NCBI RefSeq assembly: GCF_006345805.1
Contig: NC_043005.1
Span: 82,584,001 to 82,648,000 of the forward strand
Source: Octopus sinensis
Taxonomy: Eukaryota
Length of the DNA: 64,000 bases
Reading direction: 5' to 3'
Of the stretch, positions 37,130 to 49,447 are shown piece after piece. The position numbers were made by a program, and so were the translations under genes. Below the pieces are notes generated by a model. That model was not told where the DNA came from. It was given only the letters and a program-made list of their open reading frames with translations, and did no database searches. The first letter of the stretch is position 1. Each line of letters begins with the position of its first letter.

Positions 37130-38660
37130 TAGCGTTGAACATCACGATCTTGATGATCAGGAAGTATCAACCGAGACAGAGAAAGGCAAAGACGATCTAG
37201 ATTATTTTGACACTAGCTCATCAGACCCACAACTATTTCAACTAAATGACTAGGTAAGGGAATTACACTTACCGAAAGAATATGCAGAAGTTACTGCAAT
37301 TCGATTTAAAGGAAAAATACTTCATAAAGGAACCGAAGTTTTCTATTACACTAGAGATACTGAATTTCTTCTGTTCTTCACAGAACATTATGAGAGTGTA
37401 TTGCACAAACTTTGATGGACTGCTTCAGAGGATGGGATTAGTGGAATATGATGCAGCTGAGCGACGCCTTTTTATTTATTTATTTATTTATTTTTGATAG
37501 CTTCAAAAGAAGTTTGAAATGTGTTCTACTTCATAATGGAAATGTACTAGCCTCTGTTCCAATTAGTCACTCTGCAAGACTAGCAGAGAAATATGAAGTC
37601 GTGAAAGAAGTGCTAGAGAACATTAAGTACCACAATCATCCGTGGGTGATGTGCATGGAATTTAGGATAGTCAATTTTCTTCTAGGGTAACAAAGTGGAT
37701 ACACCAAATATCCATGCTTTTTTGCTTGTGCGACAGCAGAGCCAGAGAAAAGCATTGGTAGAATAAAGAAGGGCCAAAGTGAACATTAATTGCAAATTAA
37801 TGTTCACAAATGAAACATCGTCCTACCTCCACCCCCATATCAAACTTGGCATTATGTAGAAAAACTCCGGATCATGCTTTCACTATATCTGCAGCAAATT
37901 TTCTGGTATGAGCAGTGAAAAGATAAAAGCTAGAGTATTTGGTGGGTTTCCAAGCAGAAAATTGACGTAAGATGGGAACGTTGTACATTCAATGAATTGC
38001 ATTGAAACAGCTGCATGGAATTCGTTTGTAATAGCTGTAAATGACTTCCTGGGCAACAAGAAAGCAACAAATTATGCCGAAGTGATCGAAAGGCGAGAGA
38101 ACTTTCAAAAGTAGGGAGCAAATATGAATATAAAATTGCACAGTTTCCTTCATAAATTCCCTGAAAATCTTAGTGACACACGTGACGAGCAGAAAGAACG
38201 TTTCTATCAGCACATCAAAATCAATAGAACAAGGGTATCAAGGCAGACAGGACTTGCATGTGACTTTGGACTATTACTGAATCTAGGCTCGTGATCTTCA
38301 TCTGTTCAGCACCGAAGAAAAGCGCCGACCACAAATTCATGGCAAATGATGTGGTTTCTATGTAGACATTTTAAAGTGTTTACAAGTTCTTGAATAGAGT
38401 TTTAAGAAAACATTCTACTTTTCAAGAAAAACGAATTTCTAAGTATATAACGTGTTAAGCTTTTCTTGTAATAAGCTGTTTTGTTGTGGAAAAAAGGTGG
38501 ATGGGGGGGGGATACTCTGGAGCCCGGAACTTAAGATCCTTATATGATAATAATAATAAATGCATATCATTTTTGTATTCTGTATGTCAAAAACCCCTAG
38601 ATCAGGTCAAGATGTTTTGAGAACAGAGAAACGAATTTCTTTGGTAGCATGTGTAATCTA
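37130..38660 (+). mobile_element. Degraded DNA transposase, probably Chapaev-3 (CMC superfamily)
   Basis: Across frameshifts: RLFIDSxKRSLKCVLLHNGN, NFLLG*QSGYTKYPCF, DSRAREKHW, LPPPHIKLGIM, FLGNKKATNY, NIKLH, DEQKERFYQHIK. The C(2)C, LH and terminal E pattern fits CMC/Transib-type enzymes. The family name is from recall, not a search. Confidence 0.7.
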
Positions 38661-39596
38661 TAAAAAATATACTTTAAAATGAATATTGAAAATCAAATGA
38701 AGGAGACAAATTAATTTAAGAGCAGAAGAAATCTAATAGGATATATATATTGCAATTTCTTGGACTCACAGAGGGAAGTAAAATAACTCTAATTGTACAT
38801 TCCACATAAGTAAACATGTTAAGTCTTGCTGTAAAGGAACAAAGAGAAAGCGAGATGGGAGATTTAGAAAGAAACTGAGGTTGACAACACTACATAGATA
38901 TAGATCTTTAGGAGGATGTACTGTTGACAGTATACTTCTTGGTGACTAGAGAGACAGAGGACAATGATTGCAAGATACGAAGTAGTAATCTCAAGGGGCT
39001 TTTAAAATAAATATCTAAAAAAATTAACAGAGCAGAAACAATTCCGTATGGAGGAAAGTCTTGAGAAAATGCGCTTGATCAAACCATGCGATATAAGTAG
39101 TGGGAATTCATTTAGATTAACAGGTTTTTCGTGTATCGTTCTTCCATCATAAATATTCTGCTGGGAAATATGAGCAGGATACATACATACATATATGTAT
39201 ATGTGTGTGTGTATGTATGTATGTATGTATGTATGTATGTATGTATGTATGTATGTATGCGCACGTACACGCACTCACACATACACATGCATATATATAT
39301 ATATATATAATATATATATATATATATAGTTATATATGTCAGAATAAAGTGCTAGTCGAGTAGAGAGAATAATTTGGATTAACAGAATGACAAGGCAACA
39401 GGAGTTACCTAATCAACTTTTCTTTTACTTACTTTCTGCTATAGGAAGCGTTGCACTCAGCGCTGACTGCTTGAGTATCATCTTATAATTTCCTCAGAGC
39501 CTCTGAATTGAAATTTATGTTTATTTCAGAAAGCATTTAAATGTTGATTAAGTTGATTACATAATTCAACACACTTGCCCTTCAATTAATCATATA

Positions 39597-39681
<85 letters not shown>

Positions 39682-39703
39682 CATATATATATACATATTT
39701 ATT

Positions 39704-39769
<66 letters not shown>

Positions 39770-39773
<4 letters not shown>

Positions 39774-40233
39774 ATGGGTTAGGCAAAAGAATTTGCTTCA
39801 CCACACACCGAACTTTAGAAATAGCAGCCCAAAAAAGCAAACTAGCAATAAACAACTCCCAGACAATATATCCTCAAAAACATATCACGTAGGCAGAGAA
39901 TAAAAACAACGGAATTTACCCGGCATCAGATTAACTGTGTACGCGTTTCGAAATCAGATAGATATGGAAAATGCAAGAATCACATTTCCATTCTAATCAT
40001 TTTTCTCATCAGCACAGTATTTCCATAAATTTTTAATTTTGTAGCACTGAAAAAAAACCTGAACAAACCTATCTGATTCCAGTAACATCAGGCAAATTAT
40101 ATCCATTACCAGTACCGCCGAATTCAAAACAAGTGAATGAGGTCTCGCATTCTCCCCCGTCCACGCACGTGTGTTGTTAAGCAAAAATTCTACAGAAGAA
40201 AACCGTAGTTTATTATCAGGGAGAGAATTATTG

Positions 40234-40238
<5 letters not shown>
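39770..40238 (-). mobile_element. About 470-bp (TA)n-flanked composite cassette containing an intact hammerhead
   Basis: (TA)n on both sides; 39775-39835 resembles the arm of the 31891 repeat (tagaaatagcagcc); ribozyme listed below. Confidence 0.7.
39934..40018 (-). ncRNA. Intact type-I hammerhead ribozyme with extended helix II
   Basis: Minus strand ACTGTG CTGATGA [gaaa..gattaga atggaaatgtg attct tgcattttccat a tctatc..tttc] GAA ACGCGT A CACAGT: helix I 6 bp, G10.1-C11.1, palindromic helix III, GUA site. Confidence 0.9.
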
Positions 40239-40326
<88 letters not shown>

Positions 40327-40337
40327 ATATATATATA

Positions 40338-40700
40338 AGTTCAGCAAAATATTTAGGTTCAGATGAATATGGTACTTAAGTTAGAAGCACCAGAATTTAG
40401 TATGGTATTATTCATATAAATCAAATGGGGTGATTATAATCAAAATAAGCAACAAGGATATCCAAGGTAGAGTAGTACAATTGTTTCATGCTACTTCATT
40501 TTATTAAACACTGTAAGTATTACATCAGTTTTCAAATGTCGAGCAATATTCAGCCATATATAGAAATTTCCAATTAAACGGACAATACACATTCTTATCC
40601 CTATTTCATTTCCCAACATTACAAAGAGGGTAGATATATAGACAGAGAGGTTAATTTCATTCTTAAGAACATGATGGTTGTATGTTCATTTTCCGACTAA
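40338..40700 (-). mobile_element. (TA)n-flanked cassette with degenerate hammerhead (40470-40533)
   Basis: Minus strand CTGATGt aatactt...aagtagcat GAAACAATTGTA; same helix III as 28964, but the core and helix I are damaged. Confidence 0.55.
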
Positions 40701-41949
40701 ATATATAACTATATATATACATATGCATGTATATGTGTGAGTGTGTATGCGTGTGCGTGCACGAGCGTGTGCATACATACATACATACATACATACATAC
40801 ATACATACATAATACATACATACATACATACATAATACATACATACATACATGCATGCATACATACATACATACACACATATACATTCTCCGTCAGTAGT
40901 ATGTTCATTCTCCGACAGACGGAGAATGAACATACTACCATCAGAGGAGATTCCGACTGCCATTTCTTCCTAAGTCTGGTGTAATATTCCTGGTCATTCT
41001 ATCTTTATTCACAGTGCTTTCATATGATCCATTTTCGTCTATGCCTAGGTACTTGTAACATTCTATGTTTGGAATGGGGGATATAGAGAGACACTCTGGC
41101 ACTACTTTGAAGTGTTCTAGAGGATGAAATCGACATTAATACTAACATTTGAAGTGTAGTACTTTCCTATCTTAATCTTTTGTCGAATTGCTAAATTGCA
41201 TGAATGTCAAACCCCCAACTCCAGTTCTCAAGCAGTGGAGTTAACTAACACCGACAAAATATATACACATAAATGCACATATACACAACGGACTTCTGCA
41301 CAGTTTCCGTCTACCAAATTTATTTAGAAGCATTGATCAGCCCAAGGCCATAGTAGAAGAAAGTTTTCCAAGGTGCCGCGCAGTGGAACTGAACCGGAAA
41401 CCTCGAAGTTGCAAAGTGAGTTTTTTAATCACACAATCATATACATATCATGTATCATTCTCCATAAAGTATTTATTTCTATTGGACATGTTGAAAAGTT
41501 TGAACTAGAGATTCGTTCACCCTTGCCAGACAATATTGACAGTTTTAATTCACATATTTTGGTAAAATTTCCAAGACGCATAGAAAATAGATAAATAGAT
41601 CATAATTTCAAGAAATACTGTATAAACATATTCATGTGATATTACAAGCTGTGGAACATTACAATGAACGCAGGACATTTAGAATCATTAATATAGCAGT
41701 TTATTAGAATGGATTACTTTTTGAGACATGTAATGTCAGAGTTGACTCGTTGCATTTAAGATTTATACCCAACCGTCTCCTATATCTTCATAAATTGTTA
41801 CATTTACATCAACTGATCTGAAGAGGTTAGACTTCCAAATTTATATTGCCGTTCCATAATTTTTCTCATTTTTCAGTAATTCTCATTTGATAGCTTGAAA
41901 AATGAACATGTGTGTATGAATTTGTGTATCTCTCTCTGTCTGTCTGTAA

Positions 41950-41984
<35 letters not shown>

Positions 41985-42497
41985 TCTCGTTGTCTGTGTT
42001 TTTCTAGCGCTGTATGTGTATATATGTGTGTCTGTCTTTGTGCATATGAGTGTGCATGTATGTATCTGTGTGTGCGTGTGTGTGTAAAGGCAAGTCAGTA
42101 GGATAACAAACAACCCGGGTAGAATTATGCATGTTTCATTATATCACCGCCATTTGTCTTCTGTCGGTGAATTTCGTTGTCAACAGGCAAGTGAATTTGG
42201 CGTTAAAGGTTAAAACGGAATAGTATAGTTAGTACCATCGTACTAAATGCATAGAAAACCGAAACAACTAATTAAAATTTAATTGGTGAAGAGCCGAAAA
42301 TTTTAGCTCTAAACTAACTCTTATTGTCTTGAACTGATATTTGCACTCACACAACATGTGTTTTTCCTGATTGTAATATTTTTTTCTGTTTCTGCATGGT
42401 GATGACGTTAGCCCACTTGTTAGGTTTCGTACAGGTGCCGCCACTGTATAATTTGTGAGTCACACAACAGTATATACTTCACTATAAGCAACATGAT

Positions 42498-42731
42498 TAA
42501 GGCGGCGAGCTGGCAGAAACGTTAGCGCGCTGGGCGAAATGCGTAGCCGTATTTCGTCTGCCGTTACGTTCTGAGTTCAAATTCCGCCGAGGTCGACTTT
42601 GCCTTTCATCATTTCGGGGTTGATGAATTAAGTACCAGTTACGCACTAGGACCAATATGATCGACTTAATCCGTCTGTTTGTCCTTGTTTGTCCCCTCTA
42701 TGTTTAGCCCCTTGTGGGTAGTAAAAAAATA
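42498..42731 (+). mobile_element. Full-length SINE family C with about 15-bp TSD
   Basis: aaggcggcgagctggcagaaacgttagc...gagttcaaattcc head; tataagcaac(a/t)tgat at 42483-42497 and 42732-42746. Confidence 0.9.
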
Positions 42732-42914
42732 TATAAGCAACTTGATATCTGTAAAGTAGTCTATCCTTTCTTTAACTTGCAGACTGTCTTCTGATGTTTG
42801 TTGTATTCTCTGTTGATCATGAGAAATCACTGCAGGAAATAAACTGTATTATTTTTCTAAAATATATTATTCAAAAGCAACGCATTTGAATGAGACTTTA
42901 TAGTACCGAAGTAA

Positions 42915-43525
42915 TATCAGGTCATCCCATAAGTTCTGTCCGATTTTACCGTTTTAAAAATCGAATGAAATTTAATAGTAGTTTAGAATGTCTAATGGAA
43001 TTAATGATTATTTTTATGCATTTGTGTACATTTACATTTAAATAGTATTTTACAGAACAATTGAATTAAAATTTCTTTGATTAAAACCCTTTCTAACATG
43101 GAAGTATCCAAAGAGTATTTGAGGCACATAAAACCTTATGAGTACAAAAAAGGAAACTGCAGCCGCAGCGACTCAAAGCATACACTCAGTTTATAGGAAA
43201 GAATGCTTGAATGAAAGAACTTGCAAATGGTTTGCAAAATTCAGAAGGGAGATTTCAGCCTTGACGATGAAGATCGAACAGCACGTCCAGTTGAGTTTGA
43301 TGATAAGCTCTTTGAGGCATTACTTGAAGAAAATCCTGCATTATTATTTTAAGAATTGGCAATAAAGTTTAGTTCAAACAATACAACTGTTCATCGTCTT
43401 CTTCAACAACTTGGAAAATGGATGCCTCATGAATTGTCCGAAAGCAACCACAAATCCCGAGTTGACATCTGCTCTCCTCTTCATTCTTGTGACTGCTGAC
43501 GAAAAATGGATCTTCTATCGAAAGT
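42915..43525 (+). mobile_element. Mariner relic, 5' TIR plus N-terminal half
   Basis: tatcaggtcatcccataagttctgtccgatttt TIR; MEVSKEYLRHI...YKKGN...WFAKFR.GDFSLDDEDR...WMPHEL...VTADEKWIFY. Confidence 0.88.
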
Positions 43526-44529
43526 GAGAGGAGGAGATTCAGTCAAATACAGGGAGAGGAGAAGAGGGAAAATATATGCGGAAAGAGAGAGATGGGGGTG
43601 CAAGTATATGTCAACTTCCATAGAAAAAAAATCAAAAACGAAAGTAGCTTTGTTTACTGTTTTAGTTTATGAATATTGTTTCATTACATTTTCAAATATT
43701 TTCTGTAATTTTTTTTTGCTTATTAATAATAATTACCAAACAGCACTCAATAATCTGGTGAAGAATTGCGGCTGCTTTATGTTGTTTAGAACTTATTAAT
43801 CAGTTGGTAATCAGATCGGTTCCATGTGATATTGCGCCAGACAAAAGGAGAATGAGGATCAAACATCTATTTCAAAAGCCATCTAGTGAAACGGTCATTA
43901 TGTGCCACAAAGACAAAGGGTGAGTTATGAAAGAGTAGTTTGTATAGAGTTATATACAGATATAGTTTACACACACACACACACACACCCATACATATAT
44001 ATATAACTATATGTATGTGTATATATATATATATAAATATATGTATGTATGTATATTTTCGTGCGTGTCTGTGTAATATACATACATATATATGTATATA
44101 CATATACATGTGTATATGTATAAAGACACATACATGCATACACACACATACACACATATACAAACGCACACGAGCTTACGTACTTATGTGCGTAATATTA
44201 TGTATTTGGTGTTGGGTTACGAACCTGAAAAGAAGTATTCAATACAAACGAAGTGTGTAGTGATTTATTTAAGCCGGTTATTGACCCATTACTCTGATGC
44301 TTCCACGGCTAGTAGCCAATCCTTATGAGCATATACATACACAAATTTACACACACACACACACACACACGCACACACACGCACGAACACACACGCACGC
44401 ACACATATATATATATGTGGTGTGTGTAGAAACGTTTAGTTAATCGCGTATAAGATCACATTTCAAGCTAAAGGTATACAATATACTTGCCACTGTTATC
44501 ATCGTGGATATTCCGTTGTATATATATAT

Positions 44530-44722
44530 CGTTTTTTTTTCGACTGTATTTTCTTCATTTGTATTGCTTTTACGTCCTGTTCTTCGAAACAGGCATTGAG
44601 TCGAACCAGGGGCAGCTGATGAAGGGAAATTTTCCTTGTATTGTTTGTCCTGTACTCTGTTTTTTCGTTGTTAAAAAATGTCCGTTTCTCGTTGTGTTCT
44701 ACGTTATTTGTGGTGTCCTGTA

Positions 44723-44726
<4 letters not shown>
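44530..44726 (+). repeat. Short (TA)n-flanked unique cassette, probably another PLE terminus
   Basis: Bounded by TA runs, pyrimidine-rich, contains GAAAC and CTGATGA but not in type-I order. Confidence 0.35.
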
Positions 44727-44773
<47 letters not shown>

Positions 44774-44962
44774 TATATATATATGCATAATATATATGTT
44801 ATATATACATGCATATATATCTACATGTATATATACATGCATATATATATATATATATATATATGCAGTATATATACATGTAGATGTAAGTATGTACATA
44901 TATGTATGATATATTCAATATTTTATTTATTTATTATATTGTTAGTATATATTATACATATA

Positions 44963-45008
<46 letters not shown>

Positions 45009-45074
45009 TATATATATAAGCAGTACTATGTCCAAAATAAACAAAAACCATCTTATTCAAACATTGTCAACGCT

Positions 45075-45168
45075 TTAGGTGTTTCACTCAATAAACACAC
45101 ACAACACCCGGTCTGGGAATCGAAACCGCGAGTCCGCTGCCCTAACCGGTGGGCCATTGCGCCTCCAC
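45075..45168 (-). mobile_element. SINE family B head fragment
   Basis: Matches 3750-3860 with a short deletion. Confidence 0.88.
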
Positions 45169-47389
45169 ATACAGATATATATATATATATATATATATAA
45201 ATACATATATATATATATATATAAAATATATATATATATATATATATACTATAATATATATATATATATATATAACACATATATATACACATATATATAT
45301 ATATATATGTATATTCCCTCGTGCCTCTAACCCCACACGTACCTACCAACAGACGGTATCCTCTACTGTCCACGACCTCATCTCGTCCTCCCGTCCCCCG
45401 CACCGCATCCAACCTAATTGTGCGAACCCCACGTACCCCCACCATTTACTTCCTCCCCAAAATCCACAAACCCAACAACCCTGGCCGCCCCATCGTCTCC
45501 GCCTGTAACTGCCCCACGGAGCTCATCTCTAAATACCTCGACCGTGTCCTTGCTCCCCTAGTGGCATCTCTTCCCTCCCACATCCACGATACCAACCATG
45601 CTCTCCGGCTTTTAAACTCTTTCTCCTTTCCCCCGGCTCTCCCAAAATCCTTTTTACTATGGACATCCAAAGCCTCTATACTGTTATCCCTCACACGAAG
45701 GACTGCAGGCCCTTCGACACTTTCTTGACCTCGGCTCTAACCCTGTACCTGACACCTTCACCATCATTCGTCTGGCCGAACTTGTCCTTACTCTGAACTG
45801 CTTCTCGTTCGCGGGCGAGTTCTACCATCAGGTCTCGGGAGTGGCCATGGGAACGCGAATGGGCCCCAACTATGCGAACCTGTTCGTTGGCTATGTTGAG
45901 GCCAAATATTCTCTAATTTCACTGGTCCCACTCCTGAACTATATGGTCGTTACATCGACGACATTATCGGTGCCACCTCACTCTCCCGCGAACATCTAGA
46001 TTCCTTCCTCTCTTTCGTCCAATCTTTCCATCCAGCCCTCCACTTTACTTCCACTATCTCCAAACCTCTGTCTCCTTCCTCGACATTTCGGTAGCATTCT
46101 TCACTCCACTCTTACCACCTCCATTGTCTACAAACACACAGACTCACACTCATACCTCAACTTCTCTTCCTCCCACCCAGAACACACCAAGCTTTCATCC
46201 CCTATTCCCAATTTCTCCGTCTACGTAGGCTCTGTAGTGACGACCATGACTTGAGACTCACTCTCAACGTATGGCTCACCACTTCACCCTACGTGGATAC
46301 CCCCTCACCACTATCCACACCGCCCTTGCCAGAGCACGGTCCGTGGACCGTGTATCTGCTCTCTCTCCCCGAACCCGCCCTGTAGTCTCCCGCCTCCCTT
46401 TTCCCCTCACTTACCACCCCACGACCCTACGTCTCCAACGCATCATTCTTCGAGCTTTCCGTCATCTCCAGTCCGACCCGTCCACTTCACACCTCTTCCC
46501 TAACCGACCCCTCCCCTCTTTCAAACGAGCCCACAACCTTCGAGACCTTTTGGTCCATAGCTCCTTCCCTGACCCTACCTCCCAACCCGGCTCGTTCCCC
46601 TGCTCCCGCCCACGTTGCCGCACTTGCCCTTACCTCTCCAACACCACCCGCCTCACTAGTACCCACCATCGACCCTATCCATCATCCACTCCTTCACCTG
46701 CACCTCCAGCAATATTATCTATTGCATCTCTTGCTCTCTTGCAATTCCTTGTACATCGGACAAACGGGACGCCGCTTGGCTGACCGGTTCGCGGAACATC
46801 TTCGTGACATCCACCTTGCGAACGACACACGGTCTCACGCCATTTCCGCTCCACCGGTCACTCCTTGCAACACCTATCTGTGTTCGGTTTGTTCTTACAC
46901 AGAGGCCATCCGGATTCCCGTTTGCGCCGTGAACAAGAATTAATCTTCTCTCTTCGCTCTTATACGCCATTTGGTCTCACTCTCCCCCCTCCTCATCTAA
47001 CCCCCCTCTCCCCACCCCCCTCACCTATCCTTTTCCCCCCGACCCCTAATTCTTCAGTCCTTCATCCTTTCACCCTACTCCCCTTCCCTTCTTCCCTCTT
47101 TCTCCCTCCCTCCTTCCCTCTTCCCCTTCCCTCTGCTCCTCACTCCCTCACTCCCTTCTCTCTCTCCCCCTCTCCCTCTTTTCCTCCTTCCTCCACCCTC
47201 CTCCCCTCCTCCCCTTCATTCTCCCCCTCCTCCCCCTTCTCTCCCCCCTCTCTCTCTCTCTCCCCCATCCTCTCATCTCTCTCCCCCATCCTCTCCTCGT
47301 CCCCCCTCTTCTTCCACTCACCCCCTCTTCTTCCCCTCCCCCTCTTCTCCTCACTACACCACACGACTTTACACATCACATCATATATG

Positions 47390-47772
47390 ATGTGCCATAC
47401 TAATACATACACCAACTAATACATGCTAATACGTACTAATACATACTAATACATACACCAACCCTATACATACACACGTCCAGACCCCTCATACGCACTT
47501 ATACTCTCTCATACACACACACACACACACTTATACATACTAATACGTACTAATACATACTAATACATACTAATACATACACCAACCCCATACATACGCA
47601 CGTCCAGACCAATCCTACGCACCAATACTCTCTCATACACACACACACACACACATACACCCTTATACATACTAATACATACACCAACCCTATACATACA
47701 CACGTCAGACCCTCCTACGCACTATTAGCTGTCCTTCAACCCTATTATCAACCCTATTATCAACCCTATTAT
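47390..47772 (+). repeat. Nested tandem repeats in the PLE 3' UTR: about 130-bp unit with an internal tactaatacat motif, then caaccctattat x3
   Basis: Repeated caccaaccctatacatacacacgtccagaccc...tactctctcatacacac blocks. Confidence 0.85.
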
Positions 47773-47906
47773 CTCCCCTTATTTCGCTCTCGCGTCTCAT
47801 GTTTGATCTTTGACCTCTGGCCGAAATCAGATCGCTATGTTGATTCGTTAGCTACTGCACGCATTTTTTTTCTCTCCTTTCTGTGTTTTTTTTTTCTCTC
47901 TGTGTA

Positions 47907-47944
47907 TCTTTCTGTTGAAGAGCGTAGGCTCGAAACGTTAAAGA
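47907..47944 (+). ncRNA. Near-intact minimal hammerhead in the PLE pseudo-LTR (A6 to U)
   Basis: TCTTT CTGTTGA a GAGC gtag GCTC GAA ACGT T AAAGA: helix I 5 bp, helix II 4 bp, palindromic ACGT. Confidence 0.7.
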
Positions 47945-48204
47945 CTTGTTTTATTTATATTTCCTGAGCGCCATACTAATACAATTATTCGTTTGTTTTC
48001 CACCTGCCTTCGTCTTTTGTCTATTTTCATAAAGCTTCCCGTCATATATATATATATATACATATGTATTTATATATATGTGTGTATGTATGTATGTATG
48101 TATGTATACGCTCTAGGAAAACTTTAAAAGAGTGGTATAACTGAATTGCTGTGGTCTTTGCTTTTAAGCGAGTGCGCAGTCAGGATCCTTTCACAGAATA
48201 TGAA

Positions 48205-48345
48205 CTATAAATTCCGCAGAGGTCGACTTTGCCTTTCATCCTTTCAGGGTCGATAAATTAAGTACCAGTTGCTTACTGGGGTCGATCTAATCGACTGCCC
48301 TCCCCTTCCCCCAAAATTTCGGATCTTATGCCTAGAATAGGAAAG
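48205..48345 (+). mobile_element. SINE family C, 5'-truncated
   Basis: aaattccgcagaggtcgactttgcctttcatcctttcagggtcgataaattaagtaccag. Confidence 0.85.
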
Positions 48346-48829
48346 GAATATAAACTATCAAATCCTTGCATGATAAACCGACACCCATCTGACTCGGCCA
48401 CTGAACCGCCCACTTGCTTTTCACTTACAGGAATATTATCTCTACTAATACAACCTCCGCCTAATAATATGTGTCCATATTGAACTAAATATATGTGTCT
48501 ATCTGCAATTAGGAACGTGTGTATGTGAGTATGAATACGTCTTTCTCTACTGACAGAATTCTGCCTTGATATTAGTGACTGGGATTAAATATAGTATTAA
48601 CGCACCTGTTATGCAATAAAAGTGTGTTCCAACACATTTATAAGGATTTAAGATTTTGCCAGTCTCTCTCTGGAATTAATAACGCTGCTACTGGTTGTAG
48701 CTAGTTATCGTAGTATTACAGCAAGTAATGTAAGAGGTTTTCACAGTTTTATTTTCCTGATCTCTCTGACAAAGAGCCGCGTAAATAATTTTATTATATG
48801 GACTCACATCTCATTGTCTGCGAAAATAT

Positions 48830-49056
48830 TTACTCTTTTACTCTTTTACTCTTTTACTTGTTTCAGTCATTTGACTGTGGCCACGCTGGAGCACCGCCTT
48901 TAGTCGATCAAATCGACCCCAGGACATATTCTTGTAAGCCTAGTACTTATTTTATCAGTCTCTTTTTTGCCGAACCGCTAGATTACGGGGACGTAAACAC
49001 ACCAGCACCGGTTGTCAAGTGATGTTGGGAGGACAAATACAGACACACAAACACGC

Positions 49057-49107
<51 letters not shown>

Positions 49108-49447
49108 TACGACGGGCTTCTTTCAGTTTCCGTCTACCAAATCCACTCACAAGGCTTTGGTCGGCCCGAGGCTATAGTAGAAGACACTTACCCAAGGTGC
49201 CACGCAGTGGGACTGAACCCGGAACAATGTGGTTCGTAAGCAAGCTATTTACCACACAGCCACTCCTACGCATGTACATATATACGACGGGCTTCTTTCA
49301 GTTTCCGTCTACCAAATCCACTCACAAGGCTTTGGTCGGCCCGAGGCTATAGTAGAAGACACTTACCCAAGGTGCCACGCAGTAGGACTGAACCCGGAAC
49401 AATGTGGTTCGTAAGCAAGCTATTTACCACACAGCCACTCCTACGCA
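48830..49447 (-). mobile_element. Full SINE family A (head, internal (TA)n, body, tail) with its head tandemly duplicated (about 49100-49272 and 49277-49447)
   Basis: Two near-identical copies of tacatatatacgacgggcttctttcag...ccactcctacgca; tail (tactcttt)n. Confidence 0.93.

Larger units (their letters stand above)
45313..48043 (+). mobile_element. Penelope-like element (Neptune-type RT plus GIY-YIG), 5'-truncated, with repeat-rich 3' UTR and pseudo-LTR, inserted in (TA)n
   Basis: YFLPKIHKPNNPGRPIVS, MDIQSLYT, QVSGVAMGTRMGP, YIDD at 45951-45962, FLDI, CSRPRCRTC, IIYCISCSLCNSLYIGQTGRRLADRFAEH; (TA)n at both ends. Confidence 0.95.

Noticed and set aside
42435-42454. 20-nt micro-exon candidate (tacAG ... 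GTGAGT)
   Set aside because: Frame-shifting length and weak polypyrimidine tract; unsupported
44575-44640. GAAAC...GTC...CTGATGA as a permuted (type II) hammerhead
   Set aside because: Helices I, II and III cannot be paired convincingly
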